Assembly: GCA_044224525.1 (NCBI GenBank)
Contig: JBGAKI010000002.1
Span: 20,846 to 84,845 of the forward strand
Direction of reading: 5' to 3'
DNA from: Polyangiales bacterium
GTDB taxonomy: Bacteria; Myxococcota_A; Polyangia; Polyangiales; CBDCBC01
DNA length: 64,000 bases
The notes under the pieces: generated by a model
What the model was told of the DNA's origin: nothing
The model's database searches: none
Seen by the model: only the letters and a program-made list of their open reading frames with translations
Shown: piece after piece, positions 1 through 9,720 of the stretch
How the letters are laid out: each line of letters starts with the position of its first letter
Numbering within the stretch: the first letter of the stretch is position 1
Made by a program: the position numbers and the translations under genes

Positions 1-1416
1 GAGGCGCGTTTTATGCAAGCACGCGCCTTGTTTTCGAAGAAGGCTCGCCAAGAAGGCATTCCGCTGATGCAGCAGGTGATTACACGATGTAAGGATGACG
101 ATCTGAAAACGCGCGCGCGGTTCTTGAAAGCTCAAGCGCTGGCGAATGTCGATGACAACACCCAAGCCATCGATGACTACACCTCGCTGTCACATGACGC
201 TACGCAACATCGCTTGGCAGATGACGCGCTTTTTAAAACCGCGATGCTTTTGGTCAGCGAAAAACGTCCGGTAGAGGCGCGCGCTGCGCTTGAAAGGCTG
301 ATAAACGATCATCCGAGCGGCGACATGCTTGAGCAGGCACGCTTTCAACTGGCGTGGCTCGCGCGAAGTGAGAAAGACTTTGCGCGTGCGCTTGAGCTTT
401 TTGAGCAGTTGAGCAATCAAGCCAGTGCACCCGCTGAGGATACCTCTGGGCGTTATGCGTATTGGCGAGCGCGTGTGCTCAGTGAACTGGGGCGAAAAAG
501 CGAGGCGGCCGAAGGTTATAGGCGTGTGATGCAGACGGTACCGCTGAGTTATTACGCGCAACAAGCCTACGTACAACTGCTTACGCTTGATGCGAACGGC
601 GCAAAAGTGGCGCTCGAAGGATGGCGGCCGCTGCGGCATGCGAAAGCAATCGCGGTGACGACGAAGGAGTATCCCAAGGATGCGTGGTTTGAGCGGGCCG
701 TAGCTCTGATGCGCGTAGGCGAGAGTGATTACGCCAACGAGGAACTGCGTTTTGGTAAGTGGCTTGAAAACTCACAAGATGCGGTGCAAGTTGAGCGCGT
801 TGCAAAGCTCTATTATCATTTTGAGCTCTATCCACAACTTGTGAGTTGGATGCGTAAACAGCGCAGTTTGTTGTTTACAGAAGTCGCTTCTAAGCCAACA
901 CCGCTTTGGACGCTGGCGTATCCCAACGCATATGCGCCATTGATCGAGCAGCTGAGTAAGAAGGCCAGCATTCCAGCAGCGTTTGTGCGTGCTATCGCGC
1001 GCGAAGAAAGTTCGTTTGATGCGAATGCGGTGTCCAATGCGGGCGCACACGGATTGATTCAGTTGATTGCACCCACGGCGAAACGCTGGGGCAGCGAGAT
1101 CAAGGTGCCTTACAGCGTGGATGCGTTGCATGTGCCCGAAAATAACCTACGCATTGGCGTGCGCTTTATGCAGGAGCTGTGGCGGCAGTGGGGCGCGAAC
1201 CCAGGCGTGATTCCCTCGGGCTATAACGCAGGGCCGATCGCAACGCAGCGCTGGTTGAGCGAACGCCCCGATGAGCCACTTGATGTTTGGATTGAGAATA
1301 TTCCCTATGAGGAAACGCGGCGCTATACACGACGCGTGTTACAAAGTTACGGCATTTATAGCTGGCTTGGCGAAGGAACATTGCCGTCGCTTTCTAAAAG
1401 CGCGGCGGGTCGTTAG
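1..1416 (+). CDS. Soluble lytic murein transglycosylase (Slt70-like); 5' end probably cut by the window edge
   Basis: ORF 13..1416 stays open in frame back to base 1. Helical/TPR-like N-part, then the SLT catalytic signature AIAREESSFDANAVSNAGAHGLIQLIAPTA. Confidence 0.85.
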   Translation, partial: EARFMQARALFSKKARQEGIPLMQQVITRCKDDDLKTRARFLKAQALANVDDNTQAIDDYTSLSHDATQHRLADDALFKTAMLLVSEKRPVEARAALERLINDHPSGDMLEQARFQLAWLARSEKDFARALELFEQLSNQASAPAEDTSGRYAYWRARVLSELGRKSEAAEGYRRVMQTVPLSYYAQQAYVQLLTLDANGAKVALEGWRPLRHAKAIAVTTKEYPKDAWFERAVALMRVGESDYANEELRFGKWLENSQDAVQVERVAKLYYHFELYPQLVSWMRKQRSLLFTEVASKPTPLWTLAYPNAYAPLIEQLSKKASIPAAFVRAIAREESSFDANAVSNAGAHGLIQLIAPTAKRWGSEIKVPYSVDALHVPENNLRIGVRFMQELWRQWGANPGVIPSGYNAGPIATQRWLSERPDEPLDVWIENIPYEETRRYTRRVLQSYGIYSWLGEGTLPSLSKSAAGR

Positions 1417-1423
1417 CGATTCA

Positions 1424-2095
1424 TCACTGGGTGGCCTGGCAGGGCAGATTAAGCGCGTCGATATACGCGATCATCGTGATGGTGGCCGCGGAATCGTCTT
1501 TCGTGTTGGTAGCGAGTTGACTCAGCAGATGCTGAACGTTGGCGCACGACCGCGCGCCCAGCTCCGACGTTGGCACACTGAGTTCGCGGGTGATGGTTGC
1601 TGACCACACGTTGTCGATGTGTTTTCCTGGCGTGAAGACGACATATTCCGAGACCGGTAAATCGTATTTCATCAACGCGGCCGTGTAGAACTGAATGTCG
1701 TTAAAGAAAAGACGAAGTGAGTCGTGTCGCGCGTCGGGGTTGAAATTGAGGATTTGAGTAAGGCGTCTTTCGATCGGGTTATGAGTGAATCCACCAGTGC
1801 CAAGTCGTGCGTCGAGCTCAGCAATATAGGCCCGAACAATGGTGTTGACGGTGTGGTTTAGCGATGGAATACACGCGTTGGGAGCCGCCACTTTGATCTC
1901 GTAGCCTTGACGTACTCCACAGCGCTCGGTGTGTGCGTGCCCTTCGCGAAATGGTTGCGAGAGCGGTGTTTTGCATACGACCAGTGTCTCGGACGCAGCC
2001 GGTGCGGCCTGCACTGAGGCGCGCGAGGGCGGCAGAAGAATGCTGAAGGCAACAAGCGCAAGGCGCAAAATATTACCAGGGATGGAAATAAGCAC
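1424..2095 (-). CDS. Hypothetical secreted protein
   Basis: 223-aa ORF with a hydrophobic N-terminal signal-like segment (LALVAFSILLPPSRASVQA). No family recognised. Confidence 0.5.
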   Translation of the reverse strand: MLISIPGNILRLALVAFSILLPPSRASVQAAPAASETLVVCKTPLSQPFREGHAHTERCGVRQGYEIKVAAPNACIPSLNHTVNTIVRAYIAELDARLGTGGFTHNPIERRLTQILNFNPDARHDSLRLFFNDIQFYTAALMKYDLPVSEYVVFTPGKHIDNVWSATITRELSVPTSELGARSCANVQHLLSQLATNTKDDSAATITMIAYIDALNLPCQATQ

Positions 2096-2216
2096 GAAAC
2101 CTCTAACAAATAAGTCGAAGCGTCGTATGTATACTGTATGATAGTCTGTGTGTCAACTCACAGACCCGTGCTTAAGTGCTTTAGTTCTGGCTAAACATCG
2201 TTAATGGCTGCGCGTG

Positions 2217-3278
2217 TTAGAGCTCTTCTTCGAGCTCGTGCATCAGCTTCTTCGCCTTTGACGAGAGCTTTTTGGGTACGCGCACCTGAACGACGGCAAT
2301 GTAATCGCCGCGACCGCGATGACCCACTTTGGGGATGCCCTTGCCTTTCAAGACCACGGTGCTGCCCGGTTGAGCACCGGCGGGAATATCTAGATCGAGC
2401 TCATCTTCTTCTGCGAGGGTAGGCACTTTGATTTTTGTGCCCAGCGCTGCTTGAGGAAAACTCAACTCAACGGCGTGAATTAAATCGAAACCATCGCGTT
2501 CAAATTTTGGATCGGCGTTCACCTGCAACACGACATATAAATGCCCTGCGGGGCCACCAAAGCGACCCGGTTGACCTTGGTGGGTTAAGCGCAAGGTTTG
2601 ACCATCGTCGACACCGGCTGGGATGGTTACGGTGACCGTGCGCGATGCTTTCTCTTCGCCCGCGCCGCCGCATTTTTTGCAGGGATCGCTGATCATTGAG
2701 CCTGTGCCGCGGCAGGTTGGGCAGGTTGATGAAAAAACAAAACCACCACGCGCGCGACCGACTTGGCCCATGCCTTCGCAGGTTTGGCAGGTTTGACGCT
2801 TTTTACTTTCCGAACCAGTGGCGCCGCACGCTGAACATGGGGCTGGGTATTCAAGCGGCACTTCTTTTTTGACGCCGCGAATGGCCTCTTTGAGTTCAAG
2901 GCGCATCAGCGTTTTCAAATCCGCGCCGCCAGCGGGCTCGTCGGGACGGCGGGGGCGTGAACGGGCGCCACCAAAACCGAACACGTCACCAAAGATGTCT
3001 TGAAACTGACTAAAGATGTCTTCAACGTTGCCAAAACCACCAAAGCCGGTGTCGCGTAAACCGTCATGACCGTAACGATCGTAACGCGCGCGCTTTTCGG
3101 CGTCGCTCAGCACTTCATAGGCCTCGGCGCACTCTTTGAACTTTTCTTCGGCCTCTTTGTTATCGGGATTGCGGTCAGGGTGAAACTGCAGGGCCTTAGC
3201 GCGGTAGGCCTTTTTGATCTCCTCGACGGTGACCGTTCGGCTTACCTCTAACACCTCATAATAGTCGCGTTTGGCCAT
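2217..3278 (-). CDS. dnaJ: Molecular chaperone DnaJ (type I, with zinc-finger domain)
   Basis: J domain DYYEVLEV...HPDRNP, a G/F-rich linker, and four CxxCxGxG repeats ([32 protein letters not shown]). Confidence 0.95.
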   Translation of the reverse strand: MAKRDYYEVLEVSRTVTVEEIKKAYRAKALQFHPDRNPDNKEAEEKFKECAEAYEVLSDAEKRARYDRYGHDGLRDTGFGGFGNVEDIFSQFQDIFGDVFGFGGARSRPRRPDEPAGGADLKTLMRLELKEAIRGVKKEVPLEYPAPCSACGATGSESKKRQTCQTCEGMGQVGRARGGFVFSSTCPTCRGTGSMISDPCKKCGGAGEEKASRTVTVTIPAGVDDGQTLRLTHQGQPGRFGGPAGHLYVVLQVNADPKFERDGFDLIHAVELSFPQAALGTKIKVPTLAEEDELDLDIPAGAQPGSTVVLKGKGIPKVGHRGRGDYIAVVQVRVPKKLSSKAKKLMHELEEEL

Positions 3279-3370
3279 GGATATCGGCCTAGCCTAATCA
3301 TTCGGCTGCTTAGGTCAATATTTCTCGGCAAATTGTCGACTTTTAAGGGGCTCGGGCCATACTTTGGCGC

Positions 3371-4522
3371 ATGTTGTCTGAGGCGTCGGTCTATGTGCAT
3401 TTTCCCTGGTGCCTAAGAAAATGCCCCTATTGCGACTTTGTTTCGTATCGCAGCGAGGGTGGCGCCATCCCCCAACGCGCTTATACCGATGCGGTGCTGC
3501 GCGAGCTTGAGCTGCGTGCGCCAAGCGTGGCTGAGCGCAAGCTGGTATCGATTTTTTTTGGCGGCGGCACGCCTTCATTATGGGAACCTTCAGAACTTAA
3601 GCGCGTGATCGACGCGATTTATGCCACGTTCTCGAATCACGCTCGTGTTGAAGTGACGGTCGAATGCAATCCGTCGTCGCTAGACGAATTGCGCGCCGCG
3701 GCGTTGGTTGAGGCAGGGGTGAATCGATTGTCGGTGGGAGTGCAGTCGCTGCGCGAGCACCATCTGCAATATCTTGGGCGCTCGCACACACCCGAGCGTG
3801 CGCTTGAAAGTTTGGGTTATGCGATAAAGCACGCTGCGCAAGCGAGCGCTGATTTTATTTTTGGGTTACCCGAGCAAAAAGTTGATGCGTGGTGCGATGA
3901 TCTGACGCGCGTGATCGACACTGGCGTGAACCATGTGTCGGCCTACGCGCTCACGATCGAAGCCAAGACCCAGTTTGGTGAACGTTATCGCAAAGGCAAG
4001 TTGCCTATGGCCACCGACGATCTTTATGCCGATTTGTATCAGGCCACCGAACAGACCATGGCCGCGGCCGGGTTTGAGCACTACGAAGTGAGCAACTATG
4101 CGCGTGGTCAGCATGTGGCGCTGCATAACATGCATTACTGGCAAAGTGGCGACTACCTTGCGCTTGGCACCGGTGCTGTGGGCGCGCTCACGACGGCACC
4201 GGGGCAGGCGCGGCGCTACCGCAATATGAGCGATCCGGAAAAATATATGATGGCCACTCAAGTAGAGGCGTATGAGGGCGAGACAGAGCTGCTTGGGTCG
4301 TATGAGCTTATCTGTGAGGGGTTGATGCTCGGGCTGCGAACGGCGCAGGGCATGCACGTGCCCACGGTTGAACGCCGTGCGGGTGCAAGCGCAGAGGCTG
4401 ATCGAACGCCGGTTCTTCAGCGCATGTTCGCGCAGGGTGATATTTTACGCGCAGACACATACTGGCGTGTTCCTCAGGACAAATGGCTGCATCTTGATGG
4501 AATCGTTGCTTCGCTGTTTTGA
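3371..4522 (+). CDS. hemW: Radical SAM heme chaperone HemW / oxygen-independent coproporphyrinogen oxidase-like
   Basis: N-terminal VYVHFPWCLRKCPYCDF radical-SAM CxxxCxxC motif. Length and downstream motifs are typical of HemN-like proteins. Confidence 0.85.
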   Translation: MLSEASVYVHFPWCLRKCPYCDFVSYRSEGGAIPQRAYTDAVLRELELRAPSVAERKLVSIFFGGGTPSLWEPSELKRVIDAIYATFSNHARVEVTVECNPSSLDELRAAALVEAGVNRLSVGVQSLREHHLQYLGRSHTPERALESLGYAIKHAAQASADFIFGLPEQKVDAWCDDLTRVIDTGVNHVSAYALTIEAKTQFGERYRKGKLPMATDDLYADLYQATEQTMAAAGFEHYEVSNYARGQHVALHNMHYWQSGDYLALGTGAVGALTTAPGQARRYRNMSDPEKYMMATQVEAYEGETELLGSYELICEGLMLGLRTAQGMHVPTVERRAGASAEADRTPVLQRMFAQGDILRADTYWRVPQDKWLHLDGIVASLF

Positions 4523-5232
4523 TGGTGATGAAGGTTTTTGACGGCGACCCGCGCGACGGTTTAGAGTCGGAGCGCATGCCTTTTAATCGCATTCGCGTTG
4601 AGCACGTGAGCAAACGTCATGGCCGCACCATGGCGTTGAGCGACGTCGAGCTAACGCTTGATGCCGGGCGATTACATATCATTGAAGGGCCCAACGGTTC
4701 GGGAAAAAGCACCCTACTTTCGCTACTTGCGTTGCTCAGTCGCCCGACAACAGGCGCGATTCGTTATGGCGAGCACGAAGGCCAACATGAACGCAACTGG
4801 CTGCATGCCCATATTGGCTTATTGAGTCATGAGCCGATGGTCTATCCTGATTTGTCGGGTTTTGAGAATCTTTGGTTTGCAGCCAGGCTAGCGATGTTGA
4901 AGCATCCTGAGCATCGCATTATTCAGCTCTGTGAACAATGCGACCTTGGCGAGTGGGTGACGCGGCCGGCGCGCACGTATTCGCGCGGACAACTGCAACG
5001 GTTGAGCCTTGCGCGCACGCTGATTCACGTGCCGAAGCTTTTGCTTTTGGACGAGCCCACGGTGGCGCTTGATCATTCAAGTAGCAACCGTGTTGTGAAC
5101 GTGGTGAAAGCAGAAGCCACTCGCGGTGCGATCGTGGTGGTTGTTACGCATGACGTAGAACTTATTTCGGCGCTCGGCGCGGATGCTAAACGCTTCCGTC
5201 TTGAGCAGGGCCGCCTTGGGGAGGCCGCGTGA
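4519..5232 (+). CDS. ccmA: ABC transporter ATP-binding protein, CcmA-like heme exporter
   Basis: Walker A GPNGSGKST, signature YSRGQLQRL, Walker B LLLLDEP. 4-nt overlap with hemW and with the CcmB-like gene. The true start may be the internal MPFNRIRVEH. Confidence 0.75.
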   Translation: MMVMKVFDGDPRDGLESERMPFNRIRVEHVSKRHGRTMALSDVELTLDAGRLHIIEGPNGSGKSTLLSLLALLSRPTTGAIRYGEHEGQHERNWLHAHIGLLSHEPMVYPDLSGFENLWFAARLAMLKHPEHRIIQLCEQCDLGEWVTRPARTYSRGQLQRLSLARTLIHVPKLLLLDEPTVALDHSSSNRVVNVVKAEATRGAIVVVVTHDVELISALGADAKRFRLEQGRLGEAA

Positions 5233-5906
5233 GTGCGATCGTGCAGCTTTTATTGTTGGTGCGACGCGACTTGCGCATCGAACGTAAAAGTAGCGAGGTG
5301 CTGCTGAACACCACGTTGTTTGGTGTGCTGGTGGTGGTGATCGCGTCGCTCGCTTTTTATACTGATCCAGCGAGCGCACCCAAGCTTGCCTCGGGAGTGC
5401 TTTGGCTCTCGCTTGTGTTCAGCGGCATGCTTGCAATGCTGCGCGTGTGGGCGAAAGAACGCGAATGGAATGCGTTTTTGGCGTTGTGGTTGTCGTCAGT
5501 GCCGCGACCGGCGATTTATTTGGCCAAAATGATCAGCACGGTGCTTTTTATGTGTGCGATGGAAGTTGTGCTGATTCCGCTTGTTGCGCTGTTTTTTCAC
5601 CTTGAACTTGATGCGCGGCTTGCAGCGCTTGCGCTGTGTGTGTTCTTGGGCATCGTTGGATACGCTGCTGTGGGCACGCTGTTTGCAGCGATGAGCGTGC
5701 GCACCCGAGCGCGCGAACTAACGCTGAGTCTAGCGCTTTTTCCACTGACCGCGCCCGCGTTGATTGCAGGCGTGGTGGCCACGCGCGGGTTGTTTGTTGA
5801 TGCACCCACTGCTGAGTTGATGCAGTGGATCCGCGTGCTCTTGGCGTTTGATCTGGTGTTTGTGACCGCGAGCGCGCTGTTGTTTGAGCCACTCTTGAGC
5901 GACTAA
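5229..5906 (+). CDS. ccmB: Heme exporter protein B (CcmB-like) membrane protein
   Basis: 225-aa polytopic membrane protein, translationally coupled to the CcmA-like ATPase. The N-terminal LVRRDLRIERKS pattern is typical of CcmB. Confidence 0.75.
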   Translation: MSAIVQLLLLVRRDLRIERKSSEVLLNTTLFGVLVVVIASLAFYTDPASAPKLASGVLWLSLVFSGMLAMLRVWAKEREWNAFLALWLSSVPRPAIYLAKMISTVLFMCAMEVVLIPLVALFFHLELDARLAALALCVFLGIVGYAAVGTLFAAMSVRTRARELTLSLALFPLTAPALIAGVVATRGLFVDAPTAELMQWIRVLLAFDLVFVTASALLFEPLLSD

Positions 5907-5976
5907 TTCTGCGTTTCGCGTTCTGCGTTTCGCGTTCTGCGTTTCGCGTTCTGCGTTTCGCGTTCTGCGTTTCGCG
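5907..5976. repeat. Perfect tandem repeat, 5 x 14 bp (ttctgcgtttcgcg)
   Basis: Read directly. Five identical units start right after the ccmB stop and end 2 nt before the stop of the convergent tlpA-like gene. Confidence 0.95.
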
Positions 5977-5977
5977 A

Positions 5978-6601
5978 TTAGAGCAGCGACTCTAGAATAT
6001 CGAGGGTGAGCGGCGAGGACCAATCGTTGGGTCCGTCATAACGCAAGCGGATCACACCCTCTTTGTCGATGACCCATGTTTCGGGATAAAGCTTGGTGCC
6101 AAACTTATCGCGCACCACGTGGCGATCGGGGTCAAAGAGCACATGCAAGGAAGTTGCACCATGAAACACTTCGGCAACATCGGCCCAGTTTTTGTCGACG
6201 GTGACGGCGACAAGTTCGATGTCGCTACGCGATTTGATTACGTTGGCGAGGTTTTCAAGGCTGGGCATCTCTTCGATGCAAGGCTGACAGGTTTTGGTCC
6301 AGAAGTTTAACACGACAATTTTGCCGCGATGATCGGATAGCTTCCAGGTTTTGCCAAACTGATCTCGTAGTTCAAAATCGGGTGCGATGCGATCGTTGCC
6401 CAGGTAGTGCTGCTCGGTTTTTTTTCCTTGTTTGAGGGCTTTATAGGTTTGCTGGCCGAGCAAGCCTTCAAAGGGCGCCTCTTTGCGGCGCGCTTCGCCG
6501 TGTACAAACGCAATCGCAAGTAGTGTGCATGCAATGGTTGCGAACCCGGCAGCCGCAAGGGTCGGCCATGATAAAGCGCGTTTTTTTGTTTTATCGTTCA
6601 T
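5978..6601 (-). CDS. TlpA/ResA-family thiol:disulfide oxidoreductase (membrane-anchored thioredoxin fold)
   Basis: N-terminal TM segment and the redox motif NFWTKTCQPCIEEMP (CxxC). Confidence 0.85.
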   Translation of the reverse strand: MNDKTKKRALSWPTLAAAGFATIACTLLAIAFVHGEARRKEAPFEGLLGQQTYKALKQGKKTEQHYLGNDRIAPDFELRDQFGKTWKLSDHRGKIVVLNFWTKTCQPCIEEMPSLENLANVIKSRSDIELVAVTVDKNWADVAEVFHGATSLHVLFDPDRHVVRDKFGTKLYPETWVIDKEGVIRLRYDGPNDWSSPLTLDILESLL

Positions 6602-7086
6602 AATGTTTTCAGATAGTGGCGTTGACCGGCAAGCTCAAGGTACGTGCCTGACGTATCTTCGCGCAGATGTTCACCAAGTGCAACGAGTGCTGGTGTATCG
6701 AACTGCGCTTGCATGTCGCGTTCAGCGATGGTGCAATAAACCAAACCCGCAGCGTCGACGCGCAAGGTACTAGGGTCAAGGCGATAATGCTCTTGGTCGG
6801 ACACGTGAAGGTCTACGCCATCATTTGCCAACGCAAGCGAGCGCACAAAAAGGGGTGCGCCCTCGATAGTGACATAAGCCCAGTTGATGCTGTTTTTCAG
6901 ACAATAGCGACCGTCATCCGCACGCGTCAGCCACCGGTCAAATGCCGTACTGAGCCCGTGGTGGGTGATGCGAATACCTTCATTATACCAACGACCTTCG
7001 GCATCGCGGCGGATCTTGGTTTCGCGCGAAAGCCCGGCAAAGGGCTGCGCCGGGTCGATGTTGCCTGTTGAATTGGGGTCACTCAT
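6598..7086 (-). CDS. DUF1285-like protein
   Basis: RRDAEGRWYNEGIRITHHGL...GRYCLKN...YVTIEGAPLFV matches my recollection of the DUF1285 pattern. 4-nt overlap with the tlpA-like gene. Confidence 0.55.
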   Translation of the reverse strand: MSDPNSTGNIDPAQPFAGLSRETKIRRDAEGRWYNEGIRITHHGLSTAFDRWLTRADDGRYCLKNSINWAYVTIEGAPLFVRSLALANDGVDLHVSDQEHYRLDPSTLRVDAAGLVYCTIAERDMQAQFDTPALVALGEHLREDTSGTYLELAGQRHYLKTL

Positions 7087-7119
7087 GTTGGTATGCTTGG
7101 CTTAGAGCAGGACTATAGC

Positions 7120-7464
7120 ATGTACGATCAAGAGAATATTTTTTCAAAGATTATTCGTGGCGAGATACCAGCCAACAAAGTGTACGAGGACGAACATTGT
7201 TTGGCCTTTCGCGACATCAATCCCGTGGCACCGACACATATCTTGTTGATCCCCAAGGCGGCGATTGAGAAGCTGTCTGAAGCACGCAGCGAAGACGAAG
7301 GTGTGCTGGGTAAGCTGTTGCTCGCCGCTGCTAAAGTTGCCAAGCAAGAAAAGTTAGAAGACTTTCGTCTGGTGACCAACAATGGGGCGCGCGCGGGTCA
7401 GTCGGTCTTTCATTTACATCTGCACTTGATAGGCGGGAGACCTTTGAGTTGGCCTCCGGGATGA
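7120..7464 (+). CDS. HIT-family (histidine triad) nucleotide-binding protein
   Basis: IFSKIIRGEIPA N-terminus and the histidine triad HLHLHLIGG. The ORF track starts at 7093; the internal ATG at 7120 fits family length better. Confidence 0.9.
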   Translation: MYDQENIFSKIIRGEIPANKVYEDEHCLAFRDINPVAPTHILLIPKAAIEKLSEARSEDEGVLGKLLLAAAKVAKQEKLEDFRLVTNNGARAGQSVFHLHLHLIGGRPLSWPPG

Positions 7465-7486
7465 TGGCAGAGTTAGATACCAGACC

Positions 7487-9010
7487 TTAGTGGTAGATGC
7501 TGGCGCGGAAGGCGCCCGAGTCGATGCCAAGTTTGCGCATGCGTGCGCGAAGCGTGTTGGCATTGATGTTGAGCAACGCGGCAGCACCAAACACCCCACT
7601 GACGCGTCCGTGGGTGCGCTTGAGCGCTTCGGTGATGTGCGAGCGTTGCAATTCGTCGAGCGAAGCAAGCGACGCGTTCGAAGTGGACGCGTCAGGTGTG
7701 CTTACCTGAGATTGGGTAGACTCGGGCGGGGTACTTGTCGGTGTGCTGGGTTTAGGTGGCGGGATAGAACCCGTGCTCAAGTCGACTAAGACAAGGCGCC
7801 GACCTTGCCCTAGGATCACTGCGCGATCGATAACGGCAGCGAACTCGCGCACGTTGCCCGGCCAGTCGTATTCAAGCAAACGCGAAAGGCTTTTGCGATC
7901 GAGGGGTGGTGTGGCCAACCCAAACCGCTTACTGGCGCGTTCGATAAGATAATCGGCAAGCGGCTCGATGTCTTCTTTTCGTGCGCGCAAGGGTGGAATA
8001 TCGATCGGAAAAGTGCTGATTCGGTACCACAGGTCTTGTCGAAATTGTTGGGCTGCGACCATGTCGCGCAAATCGCAATGCGTCGCGGTGATGAGGCGCA
8101 CGTCGGTGTGCTCGGTCTTTTGACCACCGACGCGCTCGTAGGTGCCGTCTTGCAGTATACGCAAAAGACGCACTTGCACATCGGTCGGCATATCACCAAT
8201 CTCGTCAAGAAAAAGCGTTCCCTGATTGGCCCTTGCGAACCAACCTTGGCGCGTGGCGCTTGCGCCAGTGAAGCTGCCGCGTTCGTGGCCAAAGAGTTCC
8301 GAATCGATCAATTGTGGGCTGATCGCTGCGCAGTTTACGCGAATGAAGGGCTTGTCTTTACGCGCAGAGGTTTCGTGTACGGCGCGCGCAACAACCTCTT
8401 TACCCGACCCTGTTTCACCAAGTAAAAGCACGGGCATGTCGGTTGGCGCAACGAGCTCAACCTTTTTGAAAACGTCACTCAGGCCACCGTCGATGCCAAC
8501 GATATCGTTTGGCAATTGCTCGCGACCAAACTTCTGCAGCAAGCGCTGATTGTCGGCGACGGCGCGATTGCGTTCGTGCACCAATGCTTGAATCTCAAGA
8601 TCGTGCTCGAGCAAGCTTGTCATGACGTGTTTAAGTTCCTGAGCGGTGTCTTTGCTGACGTGTTGATTGCTGAGTAAGACAAAGTAACGCTCACCAACGC
8701 GAATCGCGCTCGCATGAGGCACGTGGTCAAACACGACGGGCGATATGTGTTCTTCGGGCAGTGGACGCTGCTCATCGGCGGGTGTTAGCAACCATGACAA
8801 AAGACGATCGCGAAGATTGGGTGGCAGGGCTTGCTTGGCATGCTGCGCGAGCGCACCGCCGTAGACGGCGCGCCAGCAACTTGAGCGCACGTCAAACTCA
8901 CACAATGCGAACTTTAATCCGGGATGTTTTCTTTCGAGCTCGTGGAGAAGTTGCTCAGGTGTATGTTTGAGCGAAGCGAGCTTGCAGAGATCGGTTGTGG
9001 TGAAGGTCAT
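7487..9010 (-). CDS. Sigma-54-dependent transcriptional activator (bEBP) with a non-receiver sensory N-domain
   Basis: AAA+ core with GETGSGKE Walker A, ELFGHERGSFTGA (GAFTGA-type loop), and a C-terminal Fis-type HTH (AAALLNINANTLRARMRKLGI). No receiver-domain Asp pocket is seen. Confidence 0.9.
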   Translation of the reverse strand: MTFTTTDLCKLASLKHTPEQLLHELERKHPGLKFALCEFDVRSSCWRAVYGGALAQHAKQALPPNLRDRLLSWLLTPADEQRPLPEEHISPVVFDHVPHASAIRVGERYFVLLSNQHVSKDTAQELKHVMTSLLEHDLEIQALVHERNRAVADNQRLLQKFGREQLPNDIVGIDGGLSDVFKKVELVAPTDMPVLLLGETGSGKEVVARAVHETSARKDKPFIRVNCAAISPQLIDSELFGHERGSFTGASATRQGWFARANQGTLFLDEIGDMPTDVQVRLLRILQDGTYERVGGQKTEHTDVRLITATHCDLRDMVAAQQFRQDLWYRISTFPIDIPPLRARKEDIEPLADYLIERASKRFGLATPPLDRKSLSRLLEYDWPGNVREFAAVIDRAVILGQGRRLVLVDLSTGSIPPPKPSTPTSTPPESTQSQVSTPDASTSNASLASLDELQRSHITEALKRTHGRVSGVFGAAALLNINANTLRARMRKLGIDSGAFRASIYH

Positions 9011-9150
9011 GGTAGAGATATATAGCGCTTTGGCAATAAACTTACCATATATAACGAAAAATTTGTCCGATCTGTCGACGTTGAAGGGGGATCACTGCTG
9101 TTCGCAAGAAAACAATAGTTAAATCAATCAGTTATATGTCTCGCGTTGAC

Positions 9151-9165
9151 GGCACACCCTTTGCT
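9151..9165 (+). promoter_or_regulatory. Candidate sigma-54 promoter (GGCAC-N5-TTGCT)
   Basis: cGGCACaccctTTGCT has correct GG-N10-GC spacing. It lies between the divergent bEBP gene and the cupin gene. The -24 T is replaced by C, and it sits very close to the first ATG (9178). Confidence 0.45.
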
Positions 9166-9177
9166 TAAGTGGGTGGT

Positions 9178-9720
9178 ATGCTCAAACACATTATCGAACA
9201 GATCGATGCCGCCGAACGTGCACTGACTCTCGAAGAGGTTCAGGCGCTTTTGGCACAGCCTGTGCGAAAGCGTGATCTTGAACAATGGATTAGTTTTAGT
9301 AACGAGCGCTACGCCCGACACGCGATCGTCCGCAACAAGTGGGCCGAGCTCTTGGCGATTTGTTGGTTGCCTGGACAAGCATCGGCGCCGCATCATCACG
9401 GGGGTTCGATTGGTGGCATGCGGATCATCGATGGAAGTGCGCGCGAGATTGGCTTTGATTCACAAGCCGCACAAGCCCGCGTGACGCGCGCGCTGTCGAT
9501 CAAAGCGCGAGAGGTATCGTTGATTGAGGCTGATGTTGTTCATCAGGTGGGTAACTTTTCCGATCGGCCACTCATCTCGCTGCATCTTTATTCACTCCCG
9601 CTGTCTGATAAGCCTAAGTCACTTGAGGTTAAGTTTAAAAGGCAGCGCGTCAGCGCTTATGGAAGACAGAGCCTTGCGTCGACGGTGTCTGCGGTGAGCG
9701 TGATGGTAGGTGCATCATGA
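9178..9720 (+). CDS. Cysteine dioxygenase type I-like cupin
   Basis: ICWLPGQASAPHHHGGSIGGMRIIDGSAREIGF resembles the CDO cupin core (W-PGQ-S-HDH...G-L-E). Confidence 0.7.
   Translation: MLKHIIEQIDAAERALTLEEVQALLAQPVRKRDLEQWISFSNERYARHAIVRNKWAELLAICWLPGQASAPHHHGGSIGGMRIIDGSAREIGFDSQAAQARVTRALSIKAREVSLIEADVVHQVGNFSDRPLISLHLYSLPLSDKPKSLEVKFKRQRVSAYGRQSLASTVSAVSVMVGAS

Noticed and set aside
2165-2200. CIRCE-like heat-shock operator near dnaJ (cttaagtgctttagttctggctaaa)
   Set aside because: It does not form the TTAGCACTC-N9-GAGTGCTAA inverted repeat, and it lies downstream of dnaJ, not upstream.
4519-5906. Complete cytochrome c maturation System I
   Set aside because: Only CcmA-like and CcmB-like genes are present. 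ccmC through ccmH are absent from the window, so only the two-gene assignment is kept, at moderate confidence.
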